Shown here in pieces: positions 11,801-22,900 of a DNA stretch of 49,646 nt (its first letter is position 1; each line of letters starts with the position of its first letter). This DNA comes from Klebsormidium nitens. Its lineage: Eukaryota > Plantae > Klebsormidiophyceae. Both the position numbers and the translations under genes were made by a program. The stretch lies in the NCBI GenBank assembly GCA_000708835.1, contig DF237584.1:1-49646 (forward strand), read 5' to 3'. Below the pieces are notes generated by a model. The model was not told the DNA's origin. It searched no databases and saw only the letters and a program-made list of their open reading frames with translations.

Positions 11801-14690
11801 GCGTCAGTTTTCTGGTTCTCTGATAATGCGAGCCCAAGGGCGCACGCGCTCTTATAATTACCCCAGACTGATTGCAAATGCCAGTTACTCGATTCTGGGG
11901 TACGTTTTGTGGATCCGATCTGGTGCATCTTGAAATTCACTATTCCTGTCATGAGACTTGTCGTAAGCCTGTGTGGAGTGCTCTCAGTTCCTTGAGCTCA
12001 AAATAATAAACAGTAAAAAGACCAACATAAAATTGACCTGCTCCGCATCCGCACCCATCTTTTGAACCTCGATACCAACCTTACCCCTCTTCGGCCTTCT
12101 TAGAAGTTCACATAGCCGTAGCCCCAATGCAAGACTTATTCAATCCCGGTGCAGCTGGACCGGAAGCGCTACAACCGACTGACCGCCGCCAGCCCGGAGC
12201 AGGCCTTCTTTGAGGATATGCTGCGGGCGTTTATGGGACCGGTTGGCGGTATGGTCGGGGCGGGGTTCCTCGGCTTCTACGGGATGCTAGCGTACCGGGG
12301 AATGAACGTTGGGAGGGAGCAGAAGGTGGGTGTTTCGTCATTTATGACAGAATTCTACCTTTTTCTTTCTTGATCACGTTCGAGCTCCCTTTCTGTCGCT
12401 TTGTGCGGTCGGGGCGGGTTCACTTCGGTTTGATGGCATGCTGGGCTCTCGGGAATAAACGGTTCTAGGGAGCTTGTCTTCTGTTTGAAGGTCCATATTT
12501 CTTCCGCTTCCTTTTGAAGCGATTTACGAAACAATCGTGAATGTTTCAGCCGGCGAATGAAGTCTTTAGTCTCGACATAGATCCGGAGCTCAAGAGGGTT
12601 TCAAGGCATGCTCACCTAGCACGGCCGGCTTGAATAAAGGCGTTCAAAAGCGCGGCGCCGTGAGCGAAACGCATCATCGAGACTGATATGCTTCCTTCTT
12701 GTTCTTGCTCATGCGCCCTAGTAAAGGAACCTGTCCGTTTGGCTTTGTGCTGTTCGCACCTGTCTGTTTGATGACAATCGACCTGTCCGTTCAATCACAC
12801 TACCGTGCTTCTTGTGCAGCTGTTCGAAGACTCTGTTCATTGCTCCCAACAGACTTCAACAATCTTGCTTCCACGTTTGCGTCAAATTCATCCTCGGCGA
12901 CCGCGCGACCAACAAAGCGCCGATTATTCGTCCCAAAACCTTATCCAAACCTCATCCCAAACCCCTCCTAACTTGCGTCTGATCATTTCGCAGGTCGCCA
13001 TTCAGGAGGCGCGGCGCGCAGGCGCCAAGATCATCCTCGGCGACCGCGCGACCGACGAGACGATGCGCCGCGTCGAGGCCGCCATGTCTCCGGCCGCCAT
13101 CCAGAACTTCTTCGCGCAGCCGTTCCCGCGCGAGATTCTGGATGACGTCACCCGGGAGATGGGCGGCGGCTCGTGGGGCGCCGCGTGGGGCGTGGTCGGC
13201 GGCGGGCCGGTCACGATGACGTGGGGCGACGCGCTGCGCGACCGGCGCGTGGTGCGCAAGCTGAACGCGTACATGGCGCGCGCGGCGCCGGAGCTGTACA
13301 AGGTGAGAAACGGTTTCCTGGGTTTGACAAGAGTAGGAAGAATCGGCGGTGAAAGGTGTTGGCCCCACCCATCTTTCTGTGTTTGATGTCTACTATGGTC
13401 GTGGTTTTGGAGTTTTGTTTTTCATCTCCACTATCTTGCTACAGTGTTCAAAAGTTACTGTATGGGTGTCGAGCTCGAGCACTCCATCGGACCTTTTTGT
13501 TGCCTAACCTGCTTTCCGCATAGCTATTGCCCTTGTGGTTTTCGGTTCCCTTGTCGTCCTTCACTCCGCGGTGGTCAGGCACGCAGTATGGTCTTTTGCG
13601 ATGCTATTGACGACACTTTCCCGCATCGACGTCCGCTCATTTCCCTCCGCTCGCGCAGGTTCTGGTGGAGGAGCGCACGGCCGCGCTCGTGCGCGCGCTG
13701 CGTCACTGCGAGGGCAAGACCGTAGCCGTCGTCGATATGAGCCACCTGGACGGCATCGAGCAGGCCTGGCAGCAGCTCAACGAGACCGCGCGCACCGACA
13801 GAGAGGTGAGCGCCCCACACCACGACATTGAAAGAATCAAAGGAAGATTCGCAGTGTCTGCTTGACCAATCCTTTACATTTGCATCTTGTCTTCATATTT
13901 CTCGTTAGACTTTCCCCACTGCCCACTGCTAAAAGCTGGGTAACTATTGCACTGCCAAAAGCTGGGTAATCCATTTTATATCAAGGTTCCGCATGGCATG
14001 GCCATGTTTTTGAGACGCTCTGTGGCGCCGCGCTGAGCACGAGAAGGAGGGGAAAATGGGCACGAAGAAAGACGGAAGAATGAGGTTGGCCTGAGCCGTT
14101 TGCTGGTTTCATAATGCCTTGTTCGGTCCTTCCTTGCCGCTGATCTTAGTTGCTCATTCTTCATGCTTCATGTCGTGCTGACGTGTCGTGAGTCCATACT
14201 GCAGGCGGAGGTTGCCGCGGCAGAGAGCGCGAACGCGGCCGCGGAGGTGCCGAAGGCCGAGGAGAAGGCCGAGGAGAAGGCTGAGGAGAAGGCTGACGTG
14301 GTCGACGTTGACGTCATCGACGCCGTCAGCAGCGAAGAGGAGGCGCCGAGCAGCGAGGAAGAGGCGCCGAGTAGCAAGGAGGAGCCGCGCCTGGCTGACC
14401 TGTACTCTGACGTCATTGACGGCGTCACGGGTGACGAGGCTGAGATTGCAGAAGGTCAGGAGAGCACCTCCGACGCTGACGTCATCGACGGCGTGACCGA
14501 GGAGGGGCAGACGGACGCATCTGGAGCGGTGGCTTCAGCGGAGGCGGAGGCGGCCGCGCCGACCGCGCGCGCAGAGGGCGCAGAGGAGCAGTCCGAGAAG
14601 ACAGCTGATGAGAGCTCGTCAGACGCCTCCGCAGAGAAGCGATCTGATGCCGGTGAAAAGCGCGAGCCGGAGAAGCCGCAGGAGAGCTAA
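8894..14690 (+). CDS. TraB/PrgY/GumN (TIKI)-family protein with putative plastid transit peptide, Gly/Arg-rich and coiled-coil N-terminal region and acidic C-terminal tail (~643 aa, 8 exons)
   Basis: Exons 8894-9058, 10137-10334, 10793-11083, 11373-11537, 12155-12325, 12994-13302, 13659-13805, 14205-14690. All introns are GT-AG, all phase 0, with an open frame throughout. TraB motifs: LTIVGTAHSS...VRRTIREEQPGAVLVQLD, KIILGDR, EERT...VAVVDMSHLDGI. The N-terminus MATTIAVLSAVSTPAAFVGR... is Ser/Thr/Ala/Arg-rich with a single acidic residue. Confidence 0.85.
10430..10468 (+). repeat. 11-bp tandem repeat (TTTAGTCTATG)x3 in TraB intron 2
   Basis: Read directly from the sequence. Confidence 0.9.
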
Positions 14691-15129
14691 TAGTAGGATT
14701 CGATTTGTAAATACGAAGTTGTAAAGCTTAGTCAAATTTGTGAATCATAGTGGTAAGGGTAGCGCCGCCAGGTTCGATACGTTGTCATAGATATTGAAAC
14801 GCTATTGAAATAGGCGAGGTGTAAAAAGGCATTGTTGTGACATACAGCGGGTAAAACATGAGTGGACAAACCACATATTAAAAAAGCTAGATGAAATCAA
14901 GGCTTGCTGAAGAGCTTTACGTATAGAAGTCTGTACGTTATTGAGACTCATATTCTACCATTCATTGCCTGTTGATTGACTCACTTGCACGTTGCGGGAT
15001 TCTCGGAAGATCGAGCCAGGTACGTCAGATTTCGATTGCACGTTGGACGATCATGCATGCGAGCTCTGTCAAAGAGTCGGCGTTCAGTTTCTTATATTAG
15101 GCCTCGCCTCAGCCCGGGGTCCGGCCTGC

Positions 15130-15449
15130 GGCAGAGCAAGACGGTCTCTCTCATATACCAATGCTTTGTAATCAAATTAGAGCTATTACATGTATGTAAT
15201 CCGTACAGTCAAACAAGGCTCAGAGTTCAAGTTTACAGTGATCGTATATATATAAGGATGTGCATGCACATTCGATCGCCGATCGTCTCTGGCAGAGCAA
15301 GACGGTCCCTCTTATATACCAATGCTTTGTAATCAAAAGTTAGAGCTATTACATGTATGTAATCCGTATATACAGTCAAACAAGGCTCAGTTCAACTTTA
15401 CAGTGATCGTATATATATAAGGATGTGCAGTCGATCGCCGATGTCTGGC
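15130..15449 (+). repeat. Near-identical 161-bp tandem duplication between the convergent TraB and DTD 3' ends
   Basis: Units 15130-15290 and 15291-15449 both begin GGCAGAGCAAGACGGTC and share ATACCAATGCTTTGTAATCAAA and CAGTGATCGTATATATATAAGGATGTGCA. Confidence 0.95.
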
Positions 15450-15974
15450 ATGATGCAAGCCGCGGCGCGCCTATAGAGGGCGCAGGGGGCTCAGCAGCAA
15501 TCAAATCAGTCTGATTTTGTGATCAGAGATCTGTAGAATTCTTTTTCACGGTGGTGGTAAGTATACATGTGCTTGCGATGATAAACGCGTATACATGCAA
15601 AAGTACATCGCGCGGAATCCAAGCCGCAAAAGCCCAGTCGACTGAGTACCATTTCAACCATTTGCGCAAACAATCAAAGGGCTGACGCTTGGCACGCCAA
15701 GTGTACGTCGGTAAGGCAGACTAAACGGCACAGAACTGGCTAGGTATTTTGCCGATGTCTGACCACCTTATACAGTCCAAGAGAGGGATGTGACTCTCCG
15801 TCTCCAATTTGTGTCACCGCGTGCTGTATCGAGTGCCTTGCAATGAAGCCTTTGAATCAAGATGGGCCCCTTCCATTGTACTTTCGTGCGTGCAACGTGT
15901 TCAACAGAGATTCGGGGTCTCTTTCCCTGAAAGAAGCGCGCCTATCGTACATCAGAACATTTCAATTGCCTGGC

Positions 15975-18738
15975 CTACTGCTCGGGGGTTTCAGACAACC
16001 CGTTCTGGCTTCCATTCCCCTTGCTGTCCAGCAACATCGTCACAGGTCCGTCATTGACGCTGTGAACCTATTAGAGTCGAGAGTCAATTGTTCAGTCAAG
16101 CGGACGCTAAGAAGCTCCCGAGTCTGGTACAAGAGCGGAACCAAGCCCAATCAGATGCACAATGGCACGGCTCTTTGTTCAATTGCGTGCCTTCTTACCT
16201 CATTGAAGAAGCTATTCTGTTGCTAGGCTGAAGGGTAAAATCTGCCACATAGTTCTTCAGCCGAAATCTGCTACATACTTTACGCAAAGAGCTTTCAATC
16301 CTCCTGAGGCAAATTCGCTTTGAATCGTGAAGTTCCATCTCCCTGGTTGACACAGAACTCTTTGGCGTCTTCAACCGATGAAGAACAGTTCTGAGCATCT
16401 GACCACGACTCGGTATGGTCTGCAAGCTCTTAGTATCGAGTGCGCAAACTCAAAAATACAAAAGCCAACAACCCACAGCTCTATATACTTTCCACCTCAT
16501 GGACCATCTGATGGAGCAACTGTTTCAAACAAACTAAGATCCCTACCAGAGACCGAATGACAGATCGCGAGATCCGATCGAGACCAAAGATGAATGCTGA
16601 GACAAAAAACGATGATGAAGAAGAAGATTCGTCAGACTGGCCCCTATTCGACCCACCTGCATCATCGCCCCGAAGATGCCGTCTGCAAGAAGACAAAGAC
16701 ACGATTATTAGCGTGTTGCACTAAATTTGAGAACACGGTTCTTAAATGGTGGTCAAATTCCATCTACTCAGAGAAGAGCGGAGTGCGAGACGCGATGAAG
16801 CGTGGATTCGAGAAGTGCCAAAGGTCAACCTGCAACCCCTCCCCAGTAAAGCGCACGAACGATTCTCCACGTCACACTTGTCTTCTGCACAGATTTGTGA
16901 CAGATAGCAGGGGTCTAAGCGCTGCTTTCTTACGAGACTTCACGTAGCGACTCGCCAGCGTTTGCACCTCAAGGTGCCATTTCTTCAGCTATCCAGTATC
17001 CATGGCACGGGGTTCTTGTTGATAACGGGCGAGACGAAAGATTGAAATAAATGGATTGATACCTTCATGTGTGCGCACGTTGTTAGAGGATTTTCAATGT
17101 TCAAGGCCCAAAACAGACAGGCCCCTGCAGACAGCTTAACGCGTTTGGCAACGGGAGGAGCCAGTTTTGAAGCACACTCCACCTCTCAGAACAAAGCTCT
17201 TTATCTCCCTCGTTTTGTGAGACAGCTATCTGGACTTCGCTCGAGAAACTCTCAACTCTCGAACGAACAACAAGGCCAGATGATCGACGGCCGAACTCTG
17301 ACCATCTCCGGCGCGTTCCGTCCGACTAGTTTTGAAGCATATTCTACTCAAAATACAGCTTTTTATCTCTCTTCCTGTCAGAGAAATATCTGGACTTCGC
17401 TCGAAGAATCGAGTTTCGAACAAACAACAAGGCTGGACAATCGACGGCCCAACTCGGACCACCTCCGGCTGGTCCCCCCCGTCTCGTACTTCTACACCCG
17501 TTTAGACCTCCGAAAAAGGGCTGACAATTTTCGCACAACAAGGAGTTCACTAAAGCCTACGTATTCGGACGTTCGGACGGCCCACCTTTGACCATCTCCG
17601 GACGGTACTCCCGCCGCACCCGCTCGACAAAACCCTCGTAGAACTCCTTGGCGAGCTGCGGTTTCATGGCCACGTGGAAGTCGGGCTTATTCCCCTTGAG
17701 GAAGCCGTACAGTGTGAACTGGCTCACGAGGAGCACCTCGTACCCCCGCTGGGATACGCTTTGGTCCCAGGCTTTGCCCTTTTTGACGTCGTCCCAAAGG
17801 CGCATGTTCAGGATCTTCCGGGAGCTGCAGGAAAAGATTGTCTAAGTTTTTTAGAGTTACAGTAGGAGGGGATAAGGCAATTCTTGCAAACAGGAAAACC
17901 TTCGATCCTGCTATTCCTGATTTGCGGGCCTGAAGAGATGTGGATATCCTCAAAGTCGAGGGAGAAGGGAGAGGAACAGAGAAACAAAGAATCACTCTAC
18001 CATAGGGAGACTTTCACGTCGTGTCAGCAGTAAGAAGAAGGACTACCAGTAGAAGCGAGCATCTGAGGGAAACGGTCAACAGGAGTAGACGGAACCCTTC
18101 CTCACAACGAGGAAGGGGTAGACGGACCTAGTAGGTGTTGGTTTCCTTTAGAGCTTATTCCTCAGACTTCGTCTGTTGTGAAGTAGGTGGGCTCACAGGA
18201 ACTCTGCATCGCTGGCCGTGTCCGTTTCCAAGATGCCGACGAGCACACACAGGCCAGGGCCTATCTGAGAGACAATCTCGCCACCAACCTGCAGGGACAG
18301 GAGGATGAAAAGGTCGTCTCCTGGGGCAGGAGGATGATGATGTTTTTCTTGTAAGGCAAAGAGCATGGGCCTACACAAGTCCGAGTCCCAGCAAAACAGT
18401 GCACTTGCTTCATGTGCCACTATCCACGTTCAGGCATTGTTGCAGAAAGGGAGGAGAGCATCTTGGAGGAAGCCGTTTTGCTTCCTCAAATGGATTGCAC
18501 AGGCACTAATCTGTTGAGTCTGCTGGACTGTGGTGTGCAGAACGTCCCCGATCCACTTTGTCAAGCCCCAGAAGCTGCTTAAGTTGCCAGTCATATGTGA
18601 GACTTTCCTCGCCGCCTCGGAGACCTTCTCTTGCAATCAGGGGAAAGCTCCACAGCGAACGAGCCGAGCCACCTCTGCCAAGCCACCTTTCCTTACCTCC
18701 ACTTTGGCAGAGACGACTCGCTGCACCACCGCCCGCAT
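15975..18738 (-). CDS. DTD1: D-aminoacyl-tRNA deacylase (D-Tyr-tRNA deacylase, DTD1/bacterial-eukaryotic type), ~163 aa, 5 exons
   Basis: Exons 18738-18697 (MRAVVQRVVSAKVE), 18288-18197 (VGGEIVSQIGPGLCVLVGI...DAEFL), 17824-17586 (RKILNMRLW...LLVSQFTLYG...KGNKPDFH), 16682-16657 (DGIFGAMMQ), 16067-15975 (VHSVNDGPVTMLLDS...stop). GT-AG junctions, total 492 nt in frame. SQFTL and NDGPVT (Gly-cisPro) signatures are present. Confidence 0.95.
17162..17603 (-). repeat. ~160-bp tandem units in DTD intron 3 that copy the exon 3 end and intron start
   Basis: GACGGCC..ACT..GACCA.CTCCGG at 17286-17313 and 17443-17470 mirrors the real junction at 17576-17603. The units also share AGTTTTGAAGCA, TATCTGGACTTCGCTCGA and AACAACAAGG. 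Confidence 0.8.
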
Positions 18739-19945
18739 CGTGCGGCCCAGCCTCTGGGGATTGTGTCAGCTGACTGAATAATACTCTTCTTGCTTCCAAC
18801 TTAAGGGTCCGGCTTGCTGACTTTTAGATTGCACTTGTTGACGAAACAGATGTGGACAGTGCTACGATCAATGTAGGCGGTCCAATTGAAGGTCCTTCTG
18901 GTTCAGTCTGTTTCCAGGGCTCCGATATGGGGAGGCCAGCTTGGGTTGTGCCTTCTTGCTCTTCAGAGAAGGACCACTGTGAGCGCTCTCCCGCCCAATG
19001 GAGTGAGCGCCTTCTAGTTTTGCCCCTGTATCGCTGTTTACTCCAGTTGGCTGCCTTCTACTTCATTGGCTGAAGAAGCGGTGTTATGGACATTAAGGTG
19101 TGTGATGTATGGTGGTGCACCGAGTTCTTGTCATCAAAGCTGCACCTGTGACTTTCTTTGCCAGAATTGTTGCTTCCCCAAGCAAATTTCGTTCGAGAGA
19201 CCTTCAACGGGCGGCCGTCTACACTTTTCAAATTGTCACCAAGCAGATGGCATTTTGATTGAAGTTCCTGAGCTGTTGTCAACAGATCTAGAGCTTTGGC
19301 TCCAATCACTGGAAAGTATGGTGCTCAAGAAGTACCAGGGCGAGTGAGGCGATCAGCGCAAGCAATGCAGCAATACAGCAACCCTGACACTGATGTCACT
19401 GACATCAGAGCAATGCTGGCTCACACAAATCGGTCGGAAGATACATATTAAAAATATCTGCGGTAAAAGCTGCTGGAGGGGGCGGGCTATAAACGCTGGT
19501 TAGACAAGGTTACAAGCTAACCGACAACCGCGCCTGCTTGTCCATGCCATAGATGACAGCGAGCGAAGTAACCAGGTAACTAACTACAGTACTTCTGCTT
19601 ATAAATCTTTATCCAATTATATTTGGATATTACTATGTAAAAAGTACGGTAATCATTTTCCCGCGCAAAATGCCACCAGCTTTGGCGCCCTGGCCCTGGG
19701 ATGCTGAATCCTGGATACCTCGGAGTCGAAGGGCGAAGGGCAAAGGGCGAAGGAGGCTTTGCACTTGCAATCCGCTTTCAGTTGAAGGTTTCTCAATGCG
19801 TCCATCTCCTTTCATTACAGAATTACAGAAGCAAGTACAAAGTTGTGAGCAAAGGAGTGATGCAAAGTCCTCGGTCACCGTGGTGTACTTGATTGGCAAT
19901 TGATGGGGCATACACACGCCTCAGCTTAAGCAAATAAAAGTTGTG
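18739..19945. promoter_or_regulatory. Probable bidirectional promoter region between DTD and MurE
   Basis: Divergent start codons are 1.2 kb apart. Inferred from gene arrangement only; no specific element identified. Confidence 0.4.
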
Positions 19946-22900
19946 ATGGCGTCGACACGGCTTCTATGCAATCAGAGCTTAGCGGCTTTGACGCCGTTCA
20001 CTCGGGGCTCGCTTGAGCAGAACAACCAAAGACTTCACAGCGCCGGGAGTCCTTGGCATCCGTGTAACATCAAAGGCAATCATGGTGCTCGGCAGTTTTT
20101 CAAGAGGGAGAACTGGATGGGGAGCAGGATCAGCAATCAGACACAAGTAGCTGAGCAAGGGCTGTTCAGGAGGCGTTGTAGAAGAGCCCAGCCTTTGGGA
20201 ATTGCACGCGCAACAAATGCAGCAGATGCTGGAAGGGAGGATGGTGGTGATGAAGGAGAGGTGAGGCTATGAAAGAACCTGGTTCCCAAGAATCAAATTC
20301 TCAAGCTTTATCACTGTAATATCAAATCAGGCACACGGCTATGTGATCTTGGTAATGGTGTTACGAGTCTTGATTTGTGATCCCCAAAGCACGAGAATTG
20401 CGATTCCTGCCTGTAGCTTGTATAAGTCTCAAGAGCACTAGGGCTTAATAAATTTGTTCAGAGAAAGAAGGAAGATTCTTGGCTGAGTGGAAAGGTACAC
20501 CACCCAGACATCGGATCCATCATACCATACTGGAAACTTTATAAGAGTTGTAAAGACCTCTGGATATTAAAGCTTGGATTTGTTGATTTGGATCTTCTCG
20601 TTTGGCTCTGCAAAATGGGCTTTGTGGGAAACTTTGGCTTCCAATTTTTCCTTTGATAGAAACCAAAGATCCATCGCATTGATTTCGTGATCACATCACC
20701 TTTCTGCAGCAGTCCTTCTGGTGATGTAGATCACTGATGGGTTAATGTGAGGATGCCGCCTATTTGAGGGTCCTGTGCTTCTGAACAATATTAGTCAAAC
20801 AAACAATGAAGGTTCTTGGACGAGTGGGAAGGTACACCACCCATACATCGGATCCATCATACAAAACTGGAAACTCTATAAGCGTTGTAAAGACCTCTGG
20901 ATATTTGAATCTTGGATTGTTGGTCTGAATTTTGTATCGCTCTGCAAAATGTGCATTTCAGGGAACTTTGACTTCCAATCTTTCCTTTGATGGAAACCAA
21001 AGATCCATTGCACTGATTTCCTGATCACACCGTCTTCTTGCAGCAATCCTTCTGGTGATGTAGGTTACTAATGGCTGATCTGAGCATGCCGCCTATTTGA
21101 GGGTCATGTGCATTTGAACAAAATCAGTCGTATTCATATATTCAAATGTATGCCACTGTTTCAGCTCCCTAGCAGCTCGACAAGCACCGGTTACCCATGT
21201 CCATGCTATTTCAACAGGAGTGCACATTTGACGTTCATCCCATCGATTGCAGGAAGAGGCCGAGGACGACTATGACGAGGAGGGCTTCGACGATGATGCA
21301 ACATTCGAGGAGGGAGACTTTGACGAGTTCCTAGAGGAAGTCGATGAACCGGAGGGTGAAGGGGGAGAGATCCTGGAAGAGGCGGCATTGGGCAGCACTG
21401 AGGACCGCTTGGGGCCCTCGAAACCGTTGAGCGGCGTCAAGGCAATTGAGGTGGGGCTAGTGGACGTTGTGAAGGACGATCTGGATCTGGAGGAAGCCGA
21501 GGAGCTGGGGACAGTGGAGGAACTAGAGGGGAATGAGGGTCTCATTGCAGCAGATGAAGGTATGTCTTGTGCACAGCTGATTGGGCCCTGAAGGACATGT
21601 GGTTGTCAACCAGGTTGGGTACTTCGAGTCACTGATCCTGCTTTGCCTTCGTGTTTCAAATGTCTTTAGGGCCATCCGAGTTCAGGCTCACAGTTTTGGG
21701 TCTGTCAGTCAAGGACGGATGGATACAAGCGGACTTGTACTTGTGTCGTGCTTATCATCCTGGGTCTGAAACTCTCCATGGTCCGGCGTTGAAGGCTTTC
21801 GGTGGGCGATGGGTCCCAACAACCGTGCTAGACAACTATAGTCATTTCTTCGTGCACTCGATAGAGCGTCTCTTTCTAGATCTCTTATTGAAGATAATGT
21901 CAGGTCTTTTGAGGTGGCATAGCCAGAACCCCGCCTCTTTTTGCTTCCATCCATTTAGTTCGTGGGCTGTCCTGTTGGTCTTTGATTGTTCCCTTCATGA
22001 GGTCACGAAAGCGTCCTTGGAAAGATTGGTCCAGATTGCAGTTTCAAAGCGCACCTGTGAAAACGATGCAAAGCACATGATTCGATCGAACTGTGGCCCA
22101 AAATGTCCAAGAAAGACAGGACGCCAAAAAACAGTCTTGTGGCTCTAAGCTCCGGCAGGTTCAACCAGAGATGTGACGCCTTCCACTTGCGCTTTCTACA
22201 GAGGATGACGTGGCAGAAGCCGTTTACACCGAAGACTACGAGGAGGATGCTGGAAGCAGGGGGGAGCTGGTCGAGGAGGAAGAAGACGAGGGGGGGGCAG
22301 CCGCAGCCCGGGAGCAAAAGTATGCGGCGCCCCCCCTGAACGCGGTGAACCTGGACGTGAACCAGAGCGTCAGCTATCTGGACGACGACGCACTAGACGT
22401 GGAGTTCGATGACGCGCAGGAGCAGTTCCTGGACGAAGTGGAAGAGGCGGACTACACGATTGTATCCTTGTGACGCAGCTGCATTTCCTTGCAGTTTTAT
22501 CCTTCAGCATTTGGAAGTCTATCCAGTTGGTTTCCCATGATTGGAAGCTGCTTCTCCAAGCATTATGCATCTGAAGGATTCCACATGTCCTCCACGATTT
22601 GTTGCCATTGGACTGCCTACGTCTGGACGTCTGGTTGAATCCTAAGCTCGGGCTCTTGGTCCTTTGAAAAATCTGGACGTGATCAGACTGCTTCGTTAGA
22701 CGGCCCTTTGTCTGTTTGCAAGCCGATCTTGAGCGACTGATTCTCCACGGATCAAGAGTTACCCGGCGCCATAGACTTTTGAATGAATTGGCCAACAACT
22801 GCAAAACAAAGATAGATTCGAAGTGTGTCTTTCGTATTCCGAACGTCAAGCCTTGACCCCCAAGCAGGCACTGGGCGAGCTGCTAGAAAACGCCGGGGTC

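Noticed and set aside
10458-14496. GC-rich alternative-frame and antisense ORFs (e.g. 10458-11072, 12952-13368, 14188-14496)
   Set aside because: They are shadows of TraB exons caused by high GC3.
16985-17040. VSPVINKNPVPWILDS as the last DTD exon
   Set aside because: It lies upstream of exon 4 and lacks the GP motif. The true final exon is 16067-15975, and this is at most a weak echo.
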